DNA of 32,000 nt from Wolbachia endosymbiont of Drosophila innubila (GTDB taxonomy: Bacteria > Pseudomonadota > Alphaproteobacteria > Rickettsiales > Anaplasmataceae), in contig NZ_CP076228.1 in assembly GCF_021378375.1 (NCBI RefSeq), forward strand, positions 330,001 through 362,000, written 5' to 3'. Below the pieces are notes generated by a model, which was not told the DNA's origin, did not search any database, and saw nothing but the letters and a program-made list of their open reading frames with translations. Of this stretch, positions 10,140 through 20,820 are shown one piece after another; the stretch's first letter is position 1, and the number at the start of each line of letters is the position of its first letter. The position numbers and the translations under genes are program-made.

Positions 10140-11400
10140 CTAAATGTCATCTAGTTCTGCCAGCAGTTTAGCAACTTCCGGATGATCAGGGCCATAATGT
10201 TTCTCAAAAATAGGCAAGGCCTGTTCAAGCAATTCCTCTTGTTTCTTGTGATCGCCCAAAGCGCCATAGGCAATACCAAGATTTGCCAGTAGTTTGGCAA
10301 CTTGAACATGACCAGAGCCATAATGTTTCTCAAAAATAGGTAAAGCTCGTTCAAACAACTCTTTTGCTTTCTGATGATCGCCAAAAGTGCCATAAACGAT
10401 ACCGAGGGTTGCCAGTAATTTAACAACTTCAAAATGGTCGAGGCCGTAATGTTTCTTTCGAATTGCTAGAGCCTGTTCAAGCAACTCTTTTGCCTTCTGG
10501 GGATTACCTAAAACCCTATAAGAATTACCGAGATTTGCCAGTGTTCTAGCAACTTCAAAATGGTCAGGCCTGTAATGTTTCTTTTTGATTGCTAAAGCCC
10601 GTTCAAGTAACTCCTTTTGTTTTTTATAGTCACCTAAATCCACATGAGAGATACCAAGGTTTGTCAGAGTAATAGCGACTTCAAAATGATCAGAGTTGTA
10701 ATATTTTTCTTTAATTGTTAAGGCCTGTTCAAGCAGCTCCTTTTCTTTCTGAGGATCACCCAAAGCACCATAAGCGATACCAAGGTTTGCTAGTAGTTTA
10801 GCAACTTCAAAATGATCATAGCCATAATATTCCTTAAAGATAGGTAAAGCCCGTTCAAGCAACTCTTTTTCTTCCTGAGGATCACCTAAAGCCCTATAAG
10901 CGGTGCCTAAACTTATTAGTGTTCTAGCAACCTCAGGATGACCAGTGCCATAATGTTTCTCAAAAGTAAGTAAAGCTCGCACAAGTAAAGCCTTTTGTTT
11001 CTGAGGATCACCTAAAGCACCATAAACGTTGCCTAAGTTTGCCAGTGTTCTAGCAACTTCAGAGTGATCGGAACCACAATGTTTCTCTTGAATTGCTAAA
11101 GCTCGTTCAAGCAATTCCTTTTGTTTCTTATAATTGCCTAAATACCCGTAAGCGTTACCTAGGTTTGCCAGCAGTTTAGCAACTTCGAAATGATCAGGGC
11201 TATAATGTGTCTTCAAGATAGGTAAAGCCCGTTCAAGCAACTCTTTTTCTTTCTGAGGATCACCTAAAGCACCATAAGCAATGCCAAGGTTTGCTAATGT
11301 AATAGCAGCTTGAAAATGATCAGAGCCATAATGTTTCTTGATGATAGGTAAAACCCGTTCAAGCGACTTCTTTTGTCTTCTAGGATCTAAATCAAAATAT
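10140..11400 (-). repeat. Tandem ~126 bp repeats encoding about ten 42-aa kinesin-light-chain-type TPRs
   Basis: Periodic protein unit (T/L)LANLG.AYGALGDPQKEKELLERALPI.EKHYG.DHFEVAK, clearly visible at DNA level (e.g. 'ttcaagcaactcttttgccttctgaggatcacctaaagc'). Confidence 0.92.
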
Positions 11401-12695
11401 CCATCGCCTATCCATATTAACAAATTTACAAGATAATCCTTTTCTATTGTTTGTTTTTCTGAAGGATTTTTTGTTAGCCAATTATCTACATGTGATAAGA
11501 ACGCTTCTAAATGCGGCAATAATTGTCGTTTCTTAGCATAATCTTCTAATTTATCACTGCCGTAAGGAAAGCTTTCTTCCAGTAACTCAAAAGTCTTTTT
11601 CACAACTTTGTCTTTGCCTTGTTTTTCTAACTCTATTCTTGTTACTTGCTGTACTAACCTGTGGATATTGACTGAGCTTTGCTCTTCTCCTGAGTTGATC
11701 ATTGAATATTGTTTAAGTAGTTGGATAGCATCACCTAACTTTTCTTCATTGCGTTCTACCCCTAAAAACATTTTTGCAGGAATGTTGTCAGGAGCAATAT
11801 AGGCAATGATATCCAAGATTTCTTTGGCTTGCTGACCATACTCTGGGTTATCTTTGATTTTATCAATAGTAATTCTCCAGGTTATAAAAGTTGTCTTGGT
11901 GTAGCTATTGTCGCTGTCTTTAGGAAACTTAAAATCAAGTAATTTTTCTGCTTCCTCTTTGTATCTCTTTAAATAATCACTAATTTCAAACTTCAAGCCT
12001 ACATTCTTTAATGCTATATCCCTTTCTTTTATGTATGCAACTGCCTGCTGCAAAGCTAAAGGAAAATGCTGTAATGTTTCTGCCAAATTCTTTATTTCAT
12101 TTTCTTGTGAACCATCTTTTATACCTAATGCTTTTCTAATAAAGTCTATTGATTCTGGTTCAGTAAATGCACCCAATGTTAATGATTTTATATCTCCCCA
12201 TTTCTGATTACGAGAGGTAATCAAAACACTAGGTTTATTATCATCAGATGATAAAAAGTGGGACGGTAAGAATTGACTAATACCAGCATCTTGACCTTCA
12301 CTTCTATATTCTTCTGCATTATCGAAAACAAAGAGACTTTTTCTCTTGGCGAAAAAAGCGTATATGTCTCTTACAATAGATTCAATATCCCTATCTTCTG
12401 TAGGAATGCCTAAAGGATCTCTAGCTAACCTGAGAAAAGACTGCACCATGGTTTCATGGGTTTCAGCTTTTATCCATATAATATTGTTGTCATAATCTTT
12501 ACTGTGTTCTTCAATATATTTTTTGGCCAGCTCAGTCTTACCTATTCCTCCCAACCCACTAATAGAAACCAGTTGCGATATTACTGTGGCTACACCTTGA
12601 CTTTTTTGTATTAATTTGTGTAGTTCTCGTAATTCTTCTGTGCTTCCAGTGAACGATCCTACTGGATTTCTCACCTCAAATCGAAAGCCTCCTAA

Positions 12696-13610
12696 GAGGT
12701 TGTCCGGAAACAAGTAAATTCAAGCATATTCCCTCTTTAACATAACCCTACTCATAGCTAGGTATATGAAATTCTCAGTGGATGTTGTGAGTAAATCATA
12801 CTCCTTCGATAGCCTTCTATTCCTATTAACCCAAGCAAAAGTCCTTTCTACAACCCATCTTCTTGGCTGTACTTTAAACCCTTGTTCTCTTGTTGGTAGT
12901 AGCTCAGGTGGCGTATCTTTGTGCACCCAAAATCTACATGGAGGCCTTTTAACAATTTCAATATCTATGTCATATTCTTCCTTTATGTGATTCTTTAAAT
13001 TTCTTCCTTGGTATCCCATGTCAGCCCACATTTTTTTAACTTTAGTATATTTTGTTCTCATATTGTTTAATGCTATTTTAATACCATCTCTATCATTTTC
13101 GTTAGCAGCGCCTACGTAACAACCTAGTATAAAACCCTGAGTGTCTGTAATTATATGCCTTTTTCTACCCTTTACTTTTTTACTTCCATCATAGCCTTTG
13201 ATCCCCCCTTTTCTGTAGTCTTTACAGATTGACTATCTACTATACAGGCACTCGGCTGCTCATTCTTTCCTATTTTTCTTCTACTATATTTTGTAATTTC
13301 ATAATTCATTTTCTCAAAATTCCCTGCTTCTTCCATTGCCTGAACTGCTCATACACAGTCTTCCATAGCGGAAAATCATTTGGTAAATACCGCCATTGAC
13401 ACCCTGTACGCAATACATAGAAAATTGCTTCTAATATTTCTTTTTTGCTATACTTTGGCAGCCTTCCTCCTTTCTTGTATGATACTCTGAAGTGTTTTTC
13501 TATTCTTGCCCATTCCCTTTCGCTTAGATCTGTTGGATACTTTTTTCTCATCTTTACCCCGTACTAAAATTTCAGATATTATAGCCTTTTACTTGTTTCC
13601 GGACAACCTC
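12696..13610 (-). mobile_element. IS5-family insertion sequence, ISWpi1-like, 915 bp, copy A, inserted in the STAND gene
   Basis: Terminal inverted repeats gaggttgtccggaaacaagtaaa / tttacttgtttccggacaacctc, flanked by 3 bp TAA direct repeats (12693..12695 and 13611..13613). Transposase ORFs at 13306..13551 and 12720..13061 (minus). Confidence 0.93.
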
Positions 13611-14782
13611 TAAGATTTCTTCTTTCATCTTGCGAAAGAATTCTCTTCCGTCTTCATGTGTAAGAAAACGTCTCCCTTTTTCTTTCAACCAATCTAGCAT
13701 TTTTTCTTGGAAGCGAGCGTAAACATTCTGTCTATCAATATCATTAAATTGCTCGCCTAGCTCACTTTTGATAATATCCGCTAGTTTTATTTCATTGGGC
13801 TGATTTACTGCAAATACTAACTTATCAAAAAATTCTTTTATATTGTCTTCCAACCTACCTTCATTCATCATTCGTCCAAATTCACGTTGCCACATCTGAT
13901 TTCTTTCCAATTTCCTTTTTGAGTTCTGATCTGGCTTGTTTTGGAGTTTTTTTATCTCCTCTTCTAATTCTTCCATCGCTTCTTCTACAGCACTTTCAAA
14001 TGCTGGTTGCACTACTGAAATTATGTTATTGTGAATATAAGAGAACTTATATCTAGTGCCACCATCTTTAAAAAAGACATCACTAGTGTCGATTACTTCA
14101 ACTAAAATTTCTATTTCCTCGTTTGGTCCTAAAGTTTTTACCCTCAACTTCTTCACTGTGTTTCGTGCTGTGCTTTGATCCAGATCAAAATCGATATTAG
14201 TACAGATAATAAAATCTTTCAGGTTACCATCTGCAAAATCTTGATTATTTTTGATCTTTAGGTAAGAAACAAAATACTTTGCTAATCCAAACTCACCACT
14301 TTTATCTTTTGTAAGTAAGTTCCCTACTCCAATTTTCTTGTTATCTTCATCTTGTGTGTGTTTAGCCTGCAAAAAACGGTATACTTTCTTACTACCTTGG
14401 GTACATTCAAATACTAAATCATCGAATTTTCTGGCCTCTTCTATTTCTGTACCTAAGCGAAAAGAGTGCTGATAGAGCACTCCTCGATGCAAAAATAGCA
14501 TCAATACCTTTAGCTGGTAGATATTACCGTGCATAACTAGTTACCTCATACAGGCTGCTATAAATTTGTTTGATCTAGAATTAAAGATTACCAAACACTA
14601 AAATAATGCAATAGAGTCTTTATGTGTTGATAGAAAGGCCTTCGAGGGTAGGAATTGCCTGGCAAACTCTTAATTCTTGATTTAAAAAAGACTTTCCAAA
14701 GACTCCCCAAATCTAATATGTAATTGCTGTAGGCTGCATTTAGTAATATAATCTCATATTAAATAAGACTTTACTTAAGTTT

Positions 14783-17443
14783 ATGCTAGATTCTCCGCTA
14801 ATTTTGACAGCCATTCTTATATTTTTCATTTTTACGTTGTCATTCTTTTTTATAAGAAAGATATTTGGGTCAACAAATAAGAAGATAATAAAATCCTTTA
14901 GGAAAATTGTTCAGCAAATAAATGCATTAGAAACAGAAATGCAGAGTTTATCTGATGAGGAGCTTGCTGGTAAAACTGAAGAATTCAAACAAGAATTGAA
15001 AAATGGGAAAACGTTAAATGATCTTCTCGTACCTGCATTTGCAGTTGTGCGTGAAGCCTCTCGAAGGTTTCTTAACATGAGGCACTTTGATGTTCAACTG
15101 ATTGGTGGAATGGTGCTCCACAATGGTATGATATCAGAAATGAAAACAGGAGAGGGAAAGACACTCGTTGCAACTTTAGCAGCATATCTAAATTCCTTAG
15201 AAGGGAAAGGCGTACACGTCGTAACTGTTAATGACTACCTTGCAAAACGAGACACAGAGTGGATGAGCAAATTATATAATTCTCTTGGGGTTTCTGTTGC
15301 GTTTATTACGAATAACTTGACAGACGAAGAGAGGAAAGAGGCTTACAGTGCAGATATCGTGTATTCCACAAATAACGAGCTTGCCTTTGATTACCTGCGA
15401 GACAATATGAAATTTTCTCAAGAAGACATGGTTCAGAGAGGCTTTCACTACGGAATAGTTGATGAAGTGGACTCAATACTCATTGATGAAGCTCGCACTC
15501 CGCTTATTATTTCTGGCCCGGTTGAGGAAAACAATCAGATATATAAGCATATCAATAAAATAGTAACCAAATTAGTTGACTCCGATTATGAAGTAGATGA
15601 AAAAGGTAGAACGGTATTCTTGACTGAAGATGGTATTTCACGAGTGGAGGAACTACTAAGGTCATACAATCTCATTCCTGAAAATTCCTCGCTCTATGAT
15701 ACTGACAGCATGATAATGACTCATTATATAGACCAAGCATTACGTGCATATAAGCTGTTTACTGCTAATAAAGATTATATAGTAAAGGATGGCAAGGTAG
15801 TGATTATTGATGAATTTACTGGGCGTATGATGGAGGGCAGGAGATATTCCGATGGTCTTCATCAGGCACTTGAAGCGAAGGAGAATCTTGAAATTCAGCA
15901 TGAAAACCAAACTTTAGCATCGGTCACATTTCAGAATTACTTTCGTATGTACAATAAACTTTCCGGAATGACGGGAACAGCAGCAACAGAGGCAGAAGAG
16001 TTTCGTGATATATACAGATTAAATGTAGTAAAAATTCCAACCAATGTACCTGTAAAAAGAGTTGATATTGATGATGAAATTTACGGTACAGAAAAGGAAA
16101 AATTTAATGCTGTGTTGAAGTTTATAGAAGAATGCTACAAACGCCTTCAACCGGTCCTTGTTGGCACGGTGAGCATCGAAAACTCTGAGAAGCTTTCTGC
16201 GCTTTTGCAAAGCCATTCTCTTAAGCATTCAGTATTGAATGCTCGTTATCATGAACAAGAGGCGTACATAATAGCGCAAGCTGGGGTGCCAGGTAGTATC
16301 ACTATAGCAACTAACATGGCAGGGCGTGGAACTGATATTCAACTCGGTGGAAATGCTGAAATGATCGCAAAGGTAGAGCTAAAGAAGATAAAAAATGCTG
16401 ATGAAAGAGAAAAAAAATACCAAGAAATAGTTGAAAGAGTAAAAAAAGATAAGGAAATTGCTATAAAAGCTGGTGGTTTATGTGTGGTTGGAACCGAAAG
16501 ACATGAAAGCAGGAGAATAGATGATCAATTACGCGGCCGTTCTGGTCGTCAGGGGGATCCTGGACTTTCTAAGTTCTTTTTATCGCTCGAAGATGACCTA
16601 ATGAGAATATTTGGCTCTGATAGAATGAGAAGCTTTTTACAAAAAGTAGGGTTAAAGAATAACGAAGCTATTCATCATCCATGGATCAATAAGGCACTCG
16701 AGAAAGCGCAAAAGAAAGTTGAAGCTAGAAACTATGACGTGCGGAAATCTCTACTTAAGTTTGATGACGTAATCAATAACCAACGTAAAGTTATTTTTAA
16801 ACAGAGAAACAATATCTTAGGCAACGAAATTAATGATTTACTTGAAGTATATAGCGAAGTAAATGAGAGCGTAGTAGAAGGCATAATCCAAAGTGGCTAT
16901 TATGAGGATTATATTGAAAATATAGTCAAAGAATTCCATACAAGGTATGGAATAACGCTTGATAAAGAAGACTTGGCAAAGTTTTTGAATAAACAAGAAG
17001 CTTTGAATTATATAAATGATAAGATACAAGAATTTTTTACTGAGAAAGAAAAATATTTCAACAGTCAGCACACTACAGATTTGTGGAATACGATCGTGAA
17101 GCAAATGATGATAATGACACTTGATCATTTATGGAGGGAACACCTTTCAGTTCTAGAGAGCCTAAGACAAAGCATAAGCTTACGTGCTATGGGGCAGAAA
17201 GATCCACTGAATGAATTTAAACGCGAAGCTTTCTTGATGTTTGAGTCAATGCTTGAAAAATGGAAGGAACTCACCATTCACCGCTTAGCACACTTTAAGT
17301 TGGCAGACAACCAAGAGATAGGCAATAGGTTACATTCTGCTAGAAATAGCAGACTTCCCAAAGTCTCAAGAAACGACAAATGTCCTTGCAACTCCGGAAA
17401 GAAATACAAACACTGCCATGGTGCGGTTACTGTGGTGAGCTAA
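14783..17443 (+). CDS. secA: Preprotein translocase subunit SecA
   Basis: 886 aa. Walker A region [89 protein letters not shown]-terminal zinc-binding [14 protein letters not shown]. Confidence 0.98.
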   Translation: MLDSPLILTAILIFFIFTLSFFFIRKIFGSTNKKIIKSFRKIVQQINALETEMQSLSDEELAGKTEEFKQELKNGKTLNDLLVPAFAVVREASRRFLNMRHFDVQLIGGMVLHNGMISEMKTGEGKTLVATLAAYLNSLEGKGVHVVTVNDYLAKRDTEWMSKLYNSLGVSVAFITNNLTDEERKEAYSADIVYSTNNELAFDYLRDNMKFSQEDMVQRGFHYGIVDEVDSILIDEARTPLIISGPVEENNQIYKHINKIVTKLVDSDYEVDEKGRTVFLTEDGISRVEELLRSYNLIPENSSLYDTDSMIMTHYIDQALRAYKLFTANKDYIVKDGKVVIIDEFTGRMMEGRRYSDGLHQALEAKENLEIQHENQTLASVTFQNYFRMYNKLSGMTGTAATEAEEFRDIYRLNVVKIPTNVPVKRVDIDDEIYGTEKEKFNAVLKFIEECYKRLQPVLVGTVSIENSEKLSALLQSHSLKHSVLNARYHEQEAYIIAQAGVPGSITIATNMAGRGTDIQLGGNAEMIAKVELKKIKNADEREKKYQEIVERVKKDKEIAIKAGGLCVVGTERHESRRIDDQLRGRSGRQGDPGLSKFFLSLEDDLMRIFGSDRMRSFLQKVGLKNNEAIHHPWINKALEKAQKKVEARNYDVRKSLLKFDDVINNQRKVIFKQRNNILGNEINDLLEVYSEVNESVVEGIIQSGYYEDYIENIVKEFHTRYGITLDKEDLAKFLNKQEALNYINDKIQEFFTEKEKYFNSQHTTDLWNTIVKQMMIMTLDHLWREHLSVLESLRQSISLRAMGQKDPLNEFKREAFLMFESMLEKWKELTIHRLAHFKLADNQEIGNRLHSARNSRLPKVSRNDKCPCNSGKKYKHCHGAVTVVS

Positions 17444-17452
17444 TAATTATGG

Positions 17453-18619
17453 TTATACAGTTTGTTTATTTCCATCAACATTACTGCATCTAACCTCACT
17501 TAGCTTACTGTTTAATGAGTGCTCTGATGACTTATACGCAGCCCCATAGGAAATTCCACCAACTATCAGTGCAGATGCTACAGTAATTCCAATTATTGCT
17601 AGTGCAGGTAATGCAGTAGCGTAAACGAGTGCTAATGGAGTAACAATGGCAGCTAATATACCCACAGCAACTCCTGCTGTTATAGCTTTAGATCTATGAA
17701 TAAATGATGGATCTGCACCATCATTTAGTAGAAGTTTTGCTAGCTTTGGGTATCCACGCTGAACAGCGTAGTGTAAAGGAGTTCTTCCTCCTCGATCTTG
17801 TATATTAACATCTGCTCCTTTTTTTAGTAAAACTTCTACTACTTGTGTGTGTCCATGCTTAGCAGCATTATGTAAAGGAGTTCTTCCAACTTTACTTTGC
17901 ACATTAACATCTGCCTCTTTTTCTATAAGATGTTTTACTACCTCTATATAACCATTATTAGCAGCATTATGTAAAGGAGTTCTTCCAACTTTACTTTGCA
18001 CATTAACATCTGCCTCTTTTTCTATAAGATGTTTTACTACCTCTATATAACCATTATTAGCAGCATTATGTAAAGGAGTTCTTCCAACTTTACTTTGCAC
18101 ATTAACATCTGCCCCTTTTTTTATAAGATGTTTTACTACCTCTATATGACCATTATTAGCAGCATCATGTAAAGGAGTTTCCCCATACCTATTTTTCAGA
18201 TCGATATCTGCTTCTTTTTTTGACAAAATTTCTACTATTCGTATGTGTACATGTTTAGCAACAACATGTAAAGGAGCTTCTTTGCAATATCCATTTTTTA
18301 TACCGGTTTTCGCTCCATTGTCTAATAGATTTTCTACTATTTGTATGTGCCCATGTTCAGCAGCAACATATAAAAGAGTCCTTTCATATTCTATAAAGAA
18401 CCCTGTTAATTTTGTATCTTTAGCTATCATACGCAACATGATACCTGGTAAAAACAGGTGATCTATATCAAACTTGTTATCTTTCCACCCGTTGTATACG
18501 CGTGGGTCCTTTTCCTGCAGCTTATCCTTAATTTTATCAATTATATTATCTTTATTGAAGCCTTGATCATTAATTTCTTGTAATATTTCCTTTAGCATTT
18601 CTTCAAATTCTGATCCCAC
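17453..18619 (-). CDS. Ankyrin-repeat protein with C-terminal hydrophobic segment(s)
   Basis: 388 aa, GTG start. Multiple ankyrin repeats (GRTPLHNAANNGYIEVVKHLIEKEADVNVQSKV). Hydrophobic tail AITAGVAVGILAAIVTPLALVYATALPALAIIGITVASALIVGG. Confidence 0.92.
   Translation of the reverse strand: MGSEFEEMLKEILQEINDQGFNKDNIIDKIKDKLQEKDPRVYNGWKDNKFDIDHLFLPGIMLRMIAKDTKLTGFFIEYERTLLYVAAEHGHIQIVENLLDNGAKTGIKNGYCKEAPLHVVAKHVHIRIVEILSKKEADIDLKNRYGETPLHDAANNGHIEVVKHLIKKGADVNVQSKVGRTPLHNAANNGYIEVVKHLIEKEADVNVQSKVGRTPLHNAANNGYIEVVKHLIEKEADVNVQSKVGRTPLHNAAKHGHTQVVEVLLKKGADVNIQDRGGRTPLHYAVQRGYPKLAKLLLNDGADPSFIHRSKAITAGVAVGILAAIVTPLALVYATALPALAIIGITVASALIVGGISYGAAYKSSEHSLNSKLSEVRCSNVDGNKQTV
17881..18120 (-). 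repeat. 99 bp direct repeats within the ankyrin gene (two apparently identical units plus a partial third)
   Basis: 'ttcttccaactttactttgcacattaacatctgcctctttttctataagatgttttactacc...' begins at 17881, 17980 and 18079. Confidence 0.92.
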
Positions 18620-18650
18620 TATTTCCTACCAAGCTATAAAACTTTATTAA

Positions 18651-19566
18651 GAGGTTGTCCGGAAACAAGTAAAAGGCTATAATATCTGAAATTTTAGTAC
18701 GGGGTAAAGATGAGAAAAAAGTATCCAACAGATCTAAGCGAAAGGGAATGGGCAAGAATAGAAAAACACTTCAGAGTATCATACAAGAAAGGAGGAAGGC
18801 TGCCAAAGTATAGCAAAAAAGAAATATTAGAAGCAATTTTCTATGTATTGCGTACAGGGTGTCAATGGCGGTATTTACCAAATGATTTTCCGCTATGGAA
18901 GACTGTGTATGAGCAGTTCAGGCAATGGAAGAAGCAGGGAATTTTTGAGAAAATGAATTATGAAATTACAAAATATAGTAGAAGAAAAATAGGAAAGAAT
19001 GAGCAGCCGAGTGCCTGTATAGTAGATAGTCAATCTGTAAAGACTACAGAAAAGGGGGGATCAAAGGCTATGATGGAAGTAAAAAAGTAAAGGGTAGAAA
19101 AAGGCATATAATTACAGACACTCAGGGTTTTATACTAGGTTGTTACGTAGGCGCTGCTAACGAAAATGATAGAGATGGTATTAAAATAGCATTAAACAAT
19201 ATGAGAACAAAAAATATACTAAAGTTAAAAAAATGGGCTGACATGGGATACCAAGGAAGAAATTTAAAGAATCACATAAAGGAAGAATATGACATAGATA
19301 TTGAAATTGTTAAAAGGCCTCCATGTAGATTTTGGGTGCACAAAGATACGCCACCTGAGCTACTACCAACAAGAGAACAAGGGTTTAAAGTACAGCCAAG
19401 AAGATGGGTTGTAGAAAGGACTTTTGCTTGGGTTAATAGGAATAGAAGGCTATCGAAGGAGTATGATTTACTCACAACATCCACTGAGAATTTCATATAC
19501 CTAGCTATGAGTAGGGTTATGTTAAAGAGGGAATATGCTTGAATTTACTTGTTTCCGGACAACCTC
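18651..19566 (+). mobile_element. IS5-family insertion sequence, ISWpi1-like, 916 bp, copy B
   Basis: Same terminal inverted repeats as copy A, TAA duplications on both sides. orfA 18710..19090 (MRKKYPTDLSEREWARIEKHF...) and orfB containing 19201..19542, linked by a putative -1 frameshift site AAAAGGGGGG at 19050..19059. Confidence 0.94.
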
Positions 19567-19877
19567 TAACTGATTTTTTTGTAATATATGATAATACTTG
19601 CGAATACTATCACATTATCAGGAAAAGTAATCGGGAGTACTGACGGCTGTGCCAACTAGCTTCTCTGCTAGCATTAGCAATATGTGTTTTCAGTATTAGC
19701 TGTGAAGACGTTAAAGAAAGTCATCAAACAGGCAGATTAGCAGCAAAACTTTACCTCAATTATGAAAATGTTTCAGTTGAGTCAGCTAAACAAATTTTCA
19801 GAATAGATATATTAAATACATAACCATTTTTACTTATATCTTAATATAATGTTTCTCAGTATCGTCTTTAACACAAT

Positions 19878-20771
19878 TCAATTTTCACACTCATCAGCAG
19901 TTAGGCCACTTGCTCGCAAAATAACATCAGTAGAAACACCCGCCTTCACTAGATTTTTCGCAACCTTGATCTTTTCTGTTTTTTTTACTTTCTCTTTGCT
20001 ATTCTTCATATCCCTAGATAAAAATTTCTTCACTAATTCTTGCTCTTCAGTTTTTCTTAGTAAATTAAGTAGTTCACTATCTTCATTTGTTTTAGGCAGC
20101 AGAACTTTAATATTCACTGATAATCCTTCTGCTATTTGATATAATTTGTCAAATGATATGGCAGTGTATCCTATTTCATACTCGTGTATTTCCTTGAGTG
20201 TTAAACCAACTTTATCCGCCAAATCTTTTTGAGTATATCTTCTTATTAGCCTCCATTCTCTTATTCTTTGCCCTATTCTGTAGTATATAGAATCAGTGCA
20301 GATTTCTCTCTCTTTATTATCATACTCGTAAATAGATAAGCCCGTTGCTTGGGAAATTATGTCAACTGAAACTCCTTCTTTAACTAGATTTTTTGCTACC
20401 TCTAATCTTGCCTCTTCTTGATTAATTTTCTCGCTAATATGAACAAACCTGACTAATGAAGGTACTATTTTGCCTAACTTTTGATTCTCGTATATTTTTG
20501 TTAAATAGAATATTTCTTCGTCTTCATCTTTATACTCTCTTACTACTACTGATTCAGGTAGTAGATCTGTAACACTAACCGATAGTTCTTTTGCTATTGT
20601 ATATAATACTTCAATTGGAATAGAAATATACCCATTTTCATAGCTGTTTACTTCTTTGTATGTTAAACCTATTTGGCTTGCTAATCCTATTTGAGTATGC
20701 CCTCGCATTAACCTACAATTTTCTATTTTTTGCCCTATTCCATAACTAACATTGCTTGCAGAAACAAACAT
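19878..20771 (-). CDS. Transcriptional regulator with two tandem XRE-type HTH domains
   Basis: 297 aa. Two HTH blocks (GLASQIGLTYKEVNSYENGYISIPIEVLYTIAKELSVSVTDLL and DLADKVGLTLKEIHEYEIGYTAISFDKLYQIAEGLSVNIKVLL), each followed by an AK.LVK.GVS.D.I...GL motif. Confidence 0.9.
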   Translation of the reverse strand: MFVSASNVSYGIGQKIENCRLMRGHTQIGLASQIGLTYKEVNSYENGYISIPIEVLYTIAKELSVSVTDLLPESVVVREYKDEDEEIFYLTKIYENQKLGKIVPSLVRFVHISEKINQEEARLEVAKNLVKEGVSVDIISQATGLSIYEYDNKEREICTDSIYYRIGQRIREWRLIRRYTQKDLADKVGLTLKEIHEYEIGYTAISFDKLYQIAEGLSVNIKVLLPKTNEDSELLNLLRKTEEQELVKKFLSRDMKNSKEKVKKTEKIKVAKNLVKAGVSTDVILRASGLTADECEN

Positions 20772-20820
20772 ATATCCTCCATTTAAGAAAAAAACTTTAT
20801 TGCTATAATTTTTTCACGAG

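Larger units (their letters stand above)
10140..14534 (-). pseudogene. Large STAND-type gene split by an IS5-family element. 5' part 14534..13611 encodes a putative PD-(D/E)XK/DUF4297-like nuclease domain; 3' part 12692..10140 encodes NB-ARC NTPase plus TPRs. Ancestral product ~1158 aa
   Basis: Both flanks are in the same reverse frame (codon starts at positions 2 mod 3). Deleting 12693..13610 joins ...KMKEEIL to GGFRFEVRNPVGSFTG.... The upper part has KFDDLVFECTQ...YRFLQAKHTQ. The lower part has P-loop GLGGIGKTE, SLFVFDNAEE, VLITSRN, HFPLALQQA and 42-aa TPRs. Confidence 0.8.

Noticed and set aside
10140-11400. Repeat array considered as a CRISPR
   Set aside because: Units are 126 bp, contiguous and in frame with TPR coding; there are no spacers.
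14535-14782. Spacer between the STAND gene and secA examined for a tRNA or small RNA
   Set aside because: No cloverleaf or clear hairpin/terminator could be supported by eye; likely just divergent promoters.
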